In this document: one piece after another, positions 53,024 to 64,000 of the stretch
Numbering within the stretch: the first letter of the stretch is position 1
How the letters are laid out: each line of letters starts with the position of its first letter
Source: Phoronis australis
Taxonomy: Eukaryota > Animalia > Phoronida
NCBI GenBank assembly: GCA_002633005.1
Contig: NMRA01000096.1
Coordinates: forward strand, 310,001 to 374,000
Reading direction: 5' to 3'
Length of the DNA: 64,000 nucleotides
Notes under the pieces: model-generated
What the model saw: only the letters and a program-made list of their open reading frames with translations
Databases searched by the model: none
What the model was told of the DNA's origin: nothing
Program-made: the position numbers and the translations under genes

Positions 53024-56000
53024 GTAAGTCTAGCAAACGCGTTTTAGTGTAAGTCACACACTGGAAATTTCTATTATGTTTCACTGATAATTAATCAGTA
53101 TTTTACTCTTCATGTTCTACTTGGTACAACTCCTATAAACAAGAAATATAACATACAGTCTCTAAATTTATGTTGAAGCACCTTTCTGAATCAAGAGCGT
53201 GTAAATAGGATTTGAGAGTTATGTAGCTGTATTTGAAAAAGCTGGCTTATGCCAGTTGGACCAGACGGTGAGATGTGGGTGCTTCAGTAGCGGCAGTGAG
53301 ATCATCAGATGTGTTGACGTAGGATGCTACTGGAAGAACTGTGTTGGCAGACGGCAACAAATTTGAATTCCTTATTTGCAATTGCTATTGAAGACAACAT
53401 TGTCGTACGCCGATTCAAGCTTCCTTAGAGTCCTCCGTGAATAATATGTGAATGGAGCGTTGTTTGGATGAGCGATTCTCTGAAACGTTGGCCGCTGAAA
53501 GTAGTGCATGATAGATGTTGTGTTGCTTGCGTCTACTTACAGATTGTCCATTTTATTCTTGTGATCTCTCTATGTGGAACTCGTGTAAACATTGGTTATC
53601 ATTACTCGACGGCGTTTTCAAAATACCCGATGTCATGTAATGAACTCTGCCAGGCAACCCGAGTTTTTACCGATGACATTCATCAATTTAGGTTTGTTTT
53701 GTTTCTGTTATCCATCAATATAATTAAGTTGTCTATCATGATGTTAACTGGTTAATATTTCACATTCACCATGCTAACTATTCTACTCCCAGATTTGACA
53801 CAACAGACGACCAGAGTTTCAACACAAGTCAAGCACTGACAGCTAGTCAAGAACTTGATGCTCAGAGCATTGTCACTTATATTCCACATGGTAATAAGGC
53901 TAGTAACCTGACAAAGTCTGATTAGTTATGCTTTACCCAAACCTTTGCTAGAAATGAATGCAGTAATATTGATTTCTTAATGTGTTTGTGTTTCAGTGAC
54001 ACTGAGATTATGAGGGGTTTAATTCCAGTTCCACTTGTCTGGTGAGACGGGTTAAAGGGTTCATAAGATATAAAATCAATCATTTTGCAAGTCAAATTGC
54101 AAGTTCGCACATTCATGCTTGGCCACTATGATTAGTGAATTAAAATTTTACTATATGACATCTACTTTTTTTGTTTAAATACATTGTGGATTATGAAAAA
54201 AAAACATGAAAAATCTCTGGAATCAAACCTCAAAGGAAATGAAGAAACAATATGTGCCGGAACCCTAAAATGCCTTTAATAGACCATGTAATAAAGATGG
54301 CTTGCATCGTATTGTTTTAACTGAGCTTTCATTTTGTTTTCCAGTGCAATTAATAGAGCATGATGCCAATGGTCAACCTACCTCAGAACTACAACCAACA
54401 GAGGTATTTGATTATACATAGATAGGATCCTCAAAATAATGATCAGAGTACATACAAATTATGCATCTTGAAGTACATCAGAAGTAGCAACTACATACAG
54501 TATAGTGTACTTGGTACAGCTCCGGGTGTAACCAAATCTGCTCTTTTGATGATCCTGCGTAGACATATTTTGTGTCACACATTTCTGAGTCGAGATGTCT
54601 TTGGTTCGATTGAATCAGTAAAGATACATGTATAACATTGTCCTGTTCACAGATGGCAGCACGCTGCACATCTCAGGAGTCTCTTTGGTGCCATTGATAA
54701 GCGAAGATGGCCTACACCAAAACTGCATGAAAATTGCATTTTCGATTACAATTAATAGGTATTTGATTTTTACTTTTATGACTTGTGTGTATTTTCCTGT
54801 ATTTTGTGTTGTTTTATGCACTATGGTGCGTCTTCGTTCAGTTGTTGCTCCGTCTTCTTTAGAAAAAGAAGAGTGGCTGGCCAAAGGGTAAGAAGCGTAA
54901 GAAGGTGATGCGGGATGAGAACGCCCCCAAGCAGCCTTTGACTGGTTACGTAAGGTTCCTGAACGAGCGACGAGAACAGCTGAGACTGGAAGACCCCAAT
55001 CTGTCGTTTGCCGATCTCACTCGCATGCTGGGTAGAGAGTGGACTAGGATGCCTTATGACCAGAAACAGGTTGATTTTTTTATTAGAATGCACTCGTACA
55101 GGCTGGGTCTCTTTTATCAAAGGTCGAACAACTGATCTCAGCTAAGCCGGCCCCATTTGGAATTTTTATTAACAAATGATTTACATAGTTTACGAAGATG
55201 TGCATTCAACTATGAACTATGTTTCATTCCCTACAAATATGTAGTGCCGCTTTCACAATATGTTGCCATCCATAGTCTTAGTAACAACCACACTTGCGAC
55301 CTTTGACCTCTGTCAAAACATCAGTTTCTCCATTATGTGATTACTCCTGAAGGCATTCTTTTATGCACTATTTATTCTGAACTGACTCTCATTTTGATTT
55401 TAAACACTTAACTATTAACCCTATACCTTATTAGTAATCTATATGGTAGTTATGAAAATGAATTCCGTATATTTTCTATGGTCGGAATCGGTGATCTTAC
55501 GCATAAGCCGTGACATCATTTTTCAGTAGTGGCACCTGGCAAAATTAGCAAGTTTTACTTCCGGCAAGTACGTCGTCTGCTAATCATGGTCGGCTGTTGT
55601 GTAGTCGGGTGCCAAAAGCATCCATGCACTAAAATAGATGTGAGAATTTCCGGTCACAATACACTAACCGGAAACTGAAATTGGTAATTTAGAAGAATGG
55701 CGCCTCCTCTTGGATAGTACACAAGAAAATGTCAGGAGTTGCGAATCTGTTGTCTGCAATCTATGATTGCATGTATCACATTAAGCAACTATCATTGGTG
55801 AAGTTGTGACTACTTTGCTGTTACAGCATTACTTAAATGAAGCTGACAAAGACAAGGCAAGGTATTTAGAGGAACTTCACGAGTATCACAAAACAGAAGC
55901 TTACAAGACGTTTCAGAAGAAGAAAATGAAAGGTAGGAACCAAGGTACTCGGTACAAGCAGCTTTTATCGAAAGCAGTGAACTTAACGCTGTGTTGGACC

Positions 56001-59000
56001 TTATGGGCCAGTATGTACATTTAGCCTATTGTATACAAGACTAGAGAATTTTACTCGGCAAACGTACATATTTCCTGAAAGTAGAAATTCTATTCAGTGT
56101 GCCACTAATTAGGTCACGTGACTATGCTTTTTTAAGACAAATTTAGCGAAAATGAAAGATACATTCATAGCAAAACAACAGGATCAGTAACATGACCAAA
56201 AATTTGGATGACGTATATATTCAATGAAAAATTTCTTAAAAAATGCTTTTTCAGTTTTCTAAATTATCAATTCGTTTTTGTGGTGTGCAATTTTGTTCGT
56301 AAAATCATACAAATTCAATTTTTTGATAACCTCATGCAAAAGTGGAACATTTTAAAAAACAATTTCGAAAAGCGTTTTGGAAAACAGAGTATATAAAACA
56401 GTTTCATGTGAATCAGGTCAGCCTTTTCTGAGATACGATGTGCCAATGTTGGCCAAAGTTCGACATTTGTCTTAAAAGCCACAATGTATCTACTCGTCAC
56501 TCCATCTAGTATTTGAGCACGTAACAATTTCATTCTCTTGGTCGACAGTCCATGATGTGCTTATTCTTCCCACGCCAAGGCACTACTTGGGATCTGAGTA
56601 CGTCAAAATTCTACCAGTTTTGGACAAAATTCAATGCCAAAACTGCTCTTTCCTTGATCACATTTGTTTTTGGCCAAAATATGAAAATGAAAATCAGTGC
56701 TTACGTAAACAAAGCCATTGTATACACTGGCCTTGTTTACGTATGCGCTGATTTGAATGTTCATGCTCTTTCCTTTTTCCATAGATTCTAACATGTGAAT
56801 CCTCACAAAGCTTTGTCTAATGGCAGCAGTGGTACAAAACTTGAACATGGAAAAGCATTGAATTTTTGTGCTAAATATGTTTCATGCAAAAGTGATAAAA
56901 CCAGACTTCGCATGTCAACCATGTTGTGTCCTACATTGGCAAGATTTCACTGTAAGGTAGAATTTAAGATAATTTTTTTATAGCAAAAGTTAATGTTTTG
57001 GATGTAAACAGTTATTTAGGTTTCAGGAAATTGAGGTTATTGTCATGAGAGAAAATCTATTCTAGACTTGTCTTTTGATTAACAGTTAATAATGTTCAAA
57101 TTGGGGGTTCTTGGTAACACTGTAGGATGAAAAGAGTGCATGTGTATTTTGTCAAGTGGTCTCTGTATGTGTGCGTGGAAAGGGGGTAGTGTTAATTGGA
57201 AAATACTGAAATGGCACGAGTTTTGCGTAATCACAGGCAGCCATAAGCTGTTCAAATCATAATTGCTGATTAAGAAGTGATAGGGTTTCTTGTGTAATCG
57301 AATTTCGACAACACCTAGTCCTTGTGTGCTGTAAATTCAGCACGTTTCAATTGACAAAACGTTTTTAAATTCTCAAGCCTAACATGATACCTGATGCTAT
57401 ACAGCAGATATGGTGGACATGGAAGTTCTCAACACAGCTGAGATGGATGACACTGAAATAGATGAAGTGAGAGACCTGACTGGCTTCCCTTCATTTGACA
57501 TACCTGTCTTCACAGAGGAGTTCCTCGACCACAATAAAGGTAGCTATTTACCAACTGAAGCGTCACTTGTTGAGGTTATTGAATTTGTGTCTTTGTCGTG
57601 CTTTATATTTTACTGGTAATGGTTAGTTCTAGAAAACTTCATCAATGCTTTCTGAAAATCTTCGTGTAGAGCAAATATGTAACATTTTTTTGATTAAAAA
57701 TGCTTTTCACCCCTGTTAAGCTGTCCTTGTTGAATTCTTAACTGATGCTTTAAAGTTTGAAAACATTACTACACTCATCCACTCATCCGACCTTGAATTA
57801 TTTCTGAGTGAGCCTGCATTTCAAGTCACAAGCAATGCGTACGTACACCACTATTGAGTCCGGTGTTTTAGTGTTGGCCAACCCCAACTAACTCTAAGCA
57901 CTTTCTTGAGTTACACATGGTTTTGATGTTGTTGTCGGTAACAGAAATCGGACCCTATCATGTTAAGCAGTATTATGAGGCCCAATTCGTTTTTCGGTTT
58001 TTAGCTAGCTAAACGGGGAAATGCAGCTTCAGGCTTTTTGAATCACTGACCTAAGGCATAAAAGTTTAGGTCAACATTCATTCTGTCATAACATTAGAAG
58101 GAGTAGACAGCGAGCATCTTAAATGTGCATAACACCATGGAGGGAGGGGACAAAATTTAGTCTGTGTTAACTTCCTAATTTATTGAAGTTGTTGTGACAC
58201 AGGACTCAACCCTTTCATTTGAAGAGTTTTATGTCCAGGATTTCAAAAAGTGCCGTCCTTGGCTGATCAAGTAAATTCACATGCTTTGATTGTCCCTTAA
58301 TTTTTAATGTGCGTTAGTCATATGTTTCATATGTCATTTCAGTTGATGGACTGGTGTCTCGCAATACTTATATTATTGAGAAACAAAGTTAGTATCCTGT
58401 ATAACATGACCAAGTTGTTTCCTTCATTGCAGCTCGTGAATCAGAGCAGCGCTTGCTTCGCAAGCAGAACACAGCATTCGAGGAACAGAATGCCATCCTT
58501 AGCAAGCACATCGACAATATGAAGGCGGCCATTGAGAAACTTGAGATGGAGGCTGTGCAGCAACGCAGCAACAATATGGCGCTTCAGCAACACTTGGACA
58601 TGTTGCGCAGTACGTTGACACAGAACTTTGGCGCAGTGCCGCTGCCAAGTAAGTGGTCCGGGGAGTGACAGTCTGATACGTCGGTTGTTCTGTCACAAGA
58701 CTTCGAAACCATTTTTAGCTTCACAGCTGATACACCTTATTCACACAGTCACCATCTTACTCAGGGCTTGGAATTTTCCGCGGAAATGCGGATTTCCGCT
58801 TTTTTCAAATGTGCTTTCCGCTTTTTTTATAATATTTCCGCGTAAAAAAATCGGATTTGATATAAAATTTCCGCGGCAAATTCCTTTCTTACCGCGGCGT
58901 TTGCAGACGACGTTCACCTCGAAAAGCGGAAGTTGCTCTTATGTTTCGGAGGAACGTAAATTGTCAACATTGCCGGGGCATCTGGGACAGCGTGGTGGGA

Positions 59001-61242
59001 TTTTCAATGGCGTCTCGTGTTATTTTTAAGCGCGGCTACAAATACTACCGCTCTGCAGCCAAAAATGTGTGGGTTGGGAGTGGATGGGCGAGCTAAAAGG
59101 ACGCAGACGCATGCTACTGATGGTGGTAACGTTTTTTTTTTTTTTAGTCCCGATTTTTGTCGGGGAAAGGTTAACATTGACCATTTCAAGACTGGTTATC
59201 GGGCATGATTTGGGCCGTAAAAGTTTCAAAGTTTCCGCGTTTTTTGTCATTGGTCATTCCAAGCCCTGCTTACTAAGTCTCCTTTTACATTTTAAATGCA
59301 ATACATTTCGGGCCTAATCATAGTGCAAAACTTTTTGTACAAACGTCGTTATATTTATGTCTCAAATGCATTGTTTTTTTACCTAAAAAGAGGCTCCTTT
59401 TTAAAATGGCGACTGCATGAATAAGCCCCATAGAGGGTTTACCAATGCGAGTGAGTGGCCCAGATTTTTGGTGTGCTAGTTGCATGTCTCATTAGGTTAT
59501 GGAAGTGTAATTGGGTATTAGTTGAATACCAATAAGTTATCCAACTTCGTTTTACTAAAGGTTAATATGTTTTACCCTAGAAAAATGTCCAAAATTGACT
59601 GTCTTCGGAACATTGTATCTCACAAGTGGCCGATTGGATTCAGATCAAACTATCAGCTACTATGCTTCATCAGTGTTCCGTTGAGTGTAGAGTTTTATTC
59701 CGAACATATGAACGAAACGGAATAAAGACTGTCAATAACGAAAAGTGTCATCTCAATTCTACATATCAGAAAACTTGCTGCCAAAGTACAGCTTATTATG
59801 CTTCATACAATTTTCTTTAAAGCACTGTTAAGAATTATTTTTAATATGGTATAATTTAGAAAATTGTTACAGCGTTTTTGCGATTTCTCTCGACCAATCT
59901 GATCTTGTTCGTGATACATGGTCACGTAATGTAACCAATGACAGAAATGTATAACATCAAAAATCGAATTCTACAGGCGTTCTACTTTCAGCAAATTATC
60001 CTTAAGCCGAGTTAAATTGTATAGTTTTGTGTGAATGCACAGACTTCTTGGTAATGTTCTACTTAACCTTAACTGTGATATGCATGGACTTGTCAGGAGT
60101 TGGCTAATCTTCCTGTGGCACTGACGGCTTCCCGACAACTTTATTTGAGGTGACATGCGTTTAGGTTTTTCAACGTAAGGTATGCTACATCATGATGTGC
60201 AAAATGTTGATGTAATCTACTTCGTGGAGAAGTTTTAGTGTTTGTTGTTAGCTGATCTACTTAATTTCAGACACCAACGAAGTGCCTACGTTGGACACTA
60301 TAGACACGTACATGGCCAAACTTCATCAAATAATCTTGGACAACCCTCAAGAAAACGAGAATTTAATAGCATCGGTCAGGGAAATAGTTAGCAGGCTCAA
60401 CTTTGAAAGGTAACCACTTTTGTTCTGTCAGTCTTAGCCGGTCAAGTTGCTGAATACATAAATTGTCGTATATGTTTTGTATAGTATTTACATCTTGTTG
60501 TCAGTGTTAAAATTTCTCACAAATTATGAATGAAGGCATAAAAACAGAAGCAGTAATTTTATTACTTTATTTTTGGTAGAAGATGCACTAACTAACATTT
60601 TCAAGGAACATTTGCAAACATTGCCAACAATAATTCAGTTGTATAACACAAGTTTAGTCATTCATTCACTTGGGAGGCATCACTGGCACATATTGATGTG
60701 GGGACGCACTCACTGGGTTTACTGTTAGAGATATCAGCTGCACTCTGTTGTCTCCTTTTTTCAACTGGCGTAGACATCTGATTGGTCCTTTATGAGAACT
60801 TATTGGGTTTATAGACCAAGCAGGTGTCTTAGCCGGTTGATGCTGCGGAACCACCAAATTCAAGCCGTAGTGGAATATTTAAATTTGCGGAGTCCAGGTG
60901 TTTTACCCTTTTTGAATGGTGTTGGATTGAAGGTAGACAAAATGTTACAGACTTTTAACCGGCATTTGATTGGTTGTTTCAGACTTTTGTTGACAACAGA
61001 TAAAATTTGCTGTGATTGTTCAAGACTAAAAGGACACACGGCCTTGAAGATTTGTTTGAACCCAGATCATAGATTGATTTGTTTCAATGTATAACATTAA
61101 AAATGTATTTTCAGTATTTTTACGAGAAACTCAGATCCTGCAACTTCAACATTCAGCATGCATGAAAGGTATTTACTCATTTTATGTTATGAAAATAATA
61201 ACGTATTTGTATTTTTACTCATTTTTCAGTGACAAGTTATGA
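52917..61242 (+). CDS. HMG20A: High mobility group protein 20A/B-like (iBRAF/BRAF35); join of 52917-53023, 53793-53890, 54345-54403, 54863-55069, 55827-55944, 57408-57539, 58433-58648, 60271-60409, 61230-61242 (about 362 aa)
   Basis: Diagnostic [35 protein letters not shown] box, [18 protein letters not shown], coiled coil [20 protein letters not shown] and [14 protein letters not shown]. All introns are GT-AG with consistent phases. Likely co-orthologous to HMG20A/B. Confidence 0.93.
53793..53890 (+). CDS. HMG20A: HMG20-like coding exon 2
   Basis: ctcccag|A TTT GAC ... CAT G|gtaata; open frame, phase 2-1. Confidence 0.72.
54345..54403 (+). CDS. HMG20A: HMG20-like coding exon 3
   Basis: ttttccag|TG CAA ... 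GAG|gtattt; phase 1-0. Confidence 0.75.
54863..55069 (+). CDS. HMG20A: HMG20-like coding exon 4 (HMG box, N-terminal part)
   Basis: tctttag|AAA AAG AAG AGT GGC TGG ... CAG|gttgat. Confidence 0.93.
55586..55620 (+). pseudogene. THAP-like start fragment ([11 protein letters not shown]) in an intronic transposon relic
   Basis: atggtcggctgttgtgtagtcgggtgccaaaag, preceded by acttccgg; the frame stops within about 20 codons. Confidence 0.4.
55827..55944 (+). CDS. HMG20A: HMG20-like coding exon 5 (HMG box, C-terminal part)
   Basis: ttacag|CAT TAC ... CAA G|gtactc; an alternative in-phase donor lies after 55932. Confidence 0.88.
56600..56968. mobile_element. Palindromic MITE-like element with a central hairpin at 56681-56764
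   Basis: aaatcagtgcttacgtaaacaaagcca pairs with tggccttgtttacgtatgcgctgattt; outer aaattctacc / ggtagaattt and aaaattcaatgc / gcattgaatttt also pair. Confidence 0.6.
57408..57539 (+). CDS. HMG20A: HMG20-like coding exon 6 (...[15 protein letters not shown])
   Basis: NAGNAG acceptor acagcag (start 57405 or 57408); donor AAA G|gtagct. Confidence 0.9.
58433..58648 (+). CDS. HMG20A: HMG20-like coding exon 7 (coiled coil)
   Basis: ttgcag|CT CGT GAA ... CCA A|gtaagt. Confidence 0.93.
58762..59268. mobile_element. hAT-like non-autonomous element, 507 bp, with a 13-bp perfect TIR and 6-bp TSD
   Basis: CAGGGCTTGGAAT ... ATTCCAAGCCCTG, flanked on both sides by CTTACT; subterminal ttccgc repeats. Confidence 0.88.
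60271..60409 (+). CDS. HMG20A: HMG20-like coding exon 8 ([45 protein letters not shown])
   Basis: atttcag|AC ACC ... GAA AG|gtaacc; absent from the ORF track. Confidence 0.92.
61230..61242 (+). CDS. HMG20A: HMG20-like terminal coding exon (S-DKL*)
   Basis: atttttcag|T GAC AAG TTA TGA; a candidate ATTAAA poly(A) signal lies near 61355. Confidence 0.7.
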
Positions 61243-64000
61243 TATCGAAGATGAAGAAGACCTTCCCTCCTTCCATAGTCTTTATCTTCACATCCCGTTT
61301 GTGATGTCGTTTTACACGATTTTATGTCATATGTTATCATTTCATTGTCCGACTATTAAACTTGTTAAGTATATCCAAAGGAACCTAGTGTTTGTTATTT
61401 ATTTAACACACAGCTATGAAATTATGTTAATTTCCATGCACTCCATCTAGTTTCTACTTTGCCTACCATGGTAATTTGCATGCAATGACTGAAAACTGCC
61501 AAAACAAATTGTCAATTTTCTCAACAAAAACAAACAATTAAAAATTTCTTTCCTTCACTGTACAGATTCCATAAAACATCACTAATTATTCGTAACAAGG
61601 TGGGGAATCTTTGAAAAAATGGAAACTGACAATTTTGTCAATTCTTGTAGAAAACGACTGTCAGAAGAAGTATTGTTTATGTCCCAAGACACATTCCAAT
61701 ATATTTGAAATTTTGTGTAAACGGGCTAAAAATTAGTCGGCAAGAATTTGAGACCATTCTTAGGTTTTTATTTCCAAGTGCATAAAGATTGCAGCTGGTT
61801 CTACTAAGCTCGGAACATCAGAGTCTTGGAGCCAATTGGAAACAATCATCAATTTACAAGTTATTCATCTGGTACACGTGTCGGCCTTTTTAAACATCCA
61901 AACAGTTGGAATAAACTGTCAAAAGAGATGACAGGGAAATTAATGGGAATTAAACTATTGACCAGGCTTTCAGTTTAAGACACTTGAGGTTTATTAAAAA
62001 TTTGCACATGCAATGCAGCTATAGGTTCTTTTTTGATGTTGAAAACAGTTTGCCCATTATACTATGTCAGTCACTGACCATTACAGAGTACCTTCACGGT
62101 GTCTCAATATGATGGAACATGCATTAAATATGATGGTGTATTTAAACACTTCTGTCGCCATTACCAAGGTCTGGGAGGTTTTACTTGCATGTTGGAAAAG
62201 TACATTCTTCAAATGAATGTATGTGGCACGCAAACACTTGTTTACTCTATTTACCATGGCAACCAATACACTACTGATTCCATAGATTGACTTGCTTGTT
62301 ATTTGTTCAACTTATTTCAGGCTCATGCGGTGCACATGTGAAAACATTAAAACACCACCTCTCATAGAGCTTCATTTCCCGTTTTAGAGATGTTCCCTGG
62401 TCCCTGCCCTAGCCAGACCAGAATTCACTCAATTAGTTTTTGTGGGGTTACTTAATAGCATATACATAGAGAACGTAGGTTCCACATTCACAGAGAGATT
62501 GCAAGCATATCAGCTTACGAGGTAATGGCTGGCACGACAAATAATGCAAATGTGTGTTCACATGCTGGTGGCGTCCACATGACAAATGTTATTGTATTTT
62601 CACAACAATTGGTGAGCAAAAGCTCCCAAATCATGCTCTACTACCAACAAGAAGCGTTTGCACACACCTCTTTTTCGAATTATTCTTATTAAAATGTGTC
62701 TTGTAATTTTGAGACATCAGCTTATAGCAACCACCAACAAAACATTGTTCATAGACTTTGTTAGCTTACATAGTATATACAAATCTAAAAATCAAGATGA
62801 CATAAATTAAAAAAGCTTCAGGTAACTGAACCAAAATGTTGGAATATATAAACAATATTGCACTTCACAGACAAATTAATCACTAAACGGAATGTTCAGT
62901 CAAATCCTATTTGTCATGCAGAAATAAAAGCATTAAAATGACAAAAAATACATGAAATGACAAAAAATTACACATGATACAAGGTGTATTCATAAACTCA
63001 TCCAGCCTGTCAAATTTCATGGTGTCGGCATAGCAACTCACTGTGTAAGAGTAAAACTGGACATGTTCACTTAAAGCGATAGTTCAACCTATAATCAAAG
63101 AAGAGTGTGATACACGCACTGAAGTAAGCAAGAGAACTGTGCGTGGTTTGAAATAGTTTAAACAAGAGCACAGAGTTCATATAAATTGAGAATAAAATGA
63201 GCCATTTACACATTAATAGAACATCAAAAAAGGCAGTTTAAACGTAGTATTATTTCAGTAAAAGGATGTGCATGTTTAGCCACAAAAATAGCTACAAAAG
63301 AATGTTTTGGTAAATTATATTTTTCTAAGAAACCATTGAATTTACTTGGAGTGACCCAACAGCGACCTCTGTTGGAGCCATACTAACCCTAGACCATAGA
63401 GTGGTCGCATTACAGTTGGGTACAAAAGTCATTAGCTTAAAGATATATTTGCATGCTCCTAGCCATGCTAATGTATAACAGGAACTAAATGCCCATGCTA
63501 TTTGAACATCATCTACGCTAAGCAAAGCGCAGTTGTGTTCATTGACAACTTGTAAATGTGAAAACAAAAAATCTGCAAATAGATGACCTTTGCACTAATA
63601 ACATAACATGGGGGCTCACATAACCCGCATCATGCAGTGTTATTCCCCAACACCATGTCACGATGCTTACTTGACACGGTTGAGTGATATATGGCAGACA
63701 ATTTTCAACAAAAACTCGTCCTTAATAACATTTGGCAATTTTCAACCTAATTCGTATTCACATCGGCACTGTATTTTGTGTTTCTAACTAATTTGACAAA
63801 GCAATCACAGAGATAAAGGATTAGTGTGCAAGTTCCACTTTAAGCAACCATCTAGAGGTTTCAGTATCAATTTTAAGTGAAAACTTGAGAGCAATTGCAG
63901 CAAGAAATCACGCATGAAGCATAGGTGGACTTAGGGGAGCCTGCCCAGAGGCACAGCCAAAAAACCCGTCGGCATATCATTTTTAAAATTTATGCCATTT

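Noticed and set aside
56785-56831. Possible extra HMG20 exon after the strong acceptor tcctttttccatag
   Set aside because: At 47 nt it has stops in all three frames (one base short of a frame-preserving exon), the donor is weak, and it lies inside a palindromic element. Only RNA-seq or a read-supported indel would revive it.
62300-64000. Possible 3'UTR of a convergent minus-strand gene outside the window
   Set aside because: Only base composition suggests it; no coding exon is visible.

Overview
AT-rich, intron-containing animal (probably invertebrate) genomic DNA; the species cannot be identified from this window. Three spliced genes were rebuilt by hand from GT-AG junctions with consistent phases. 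(1) LHFPL2-like tetraspan on the minus strand, CDS 4088->1524 in 3 exons, about 277 aa. (2) PEAK1/PRAG1 (NKF3)-family pseudokinase scaffold on the minus strand, CDS 34462->26834 in 6 exons, about 1389 aa. (3) HMG20A/B-like HMG-box gene on the plus strand, CDS 52917->61242 in 9 exons, about 362 aa. The PEAK-like and HMG20-like genes are divergent and appear to share a promoter region near 50.6-51.5 kb, the same head-to-head layout as human PEAK1-HMG20A. The PEAK-like protein keeps the N-terminal Cys/His motif, a proline/14-3-3 tandem site and SHED-like helices, but its kinase fold is strongly shortened. Introns and intergenic DNA hold many non-autonomous DNA transposons, a Penelope-type GIY-YIG relic with a decayed hammerhead-like motif, a tRNA-like sequence, THAP fragments, minisatellites and a ~1 kb tandem duplication joined by an N. 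All homology calls come from recalled motifs, not database searches. I found no convincing wholly new system; the best leads are evolutionary.
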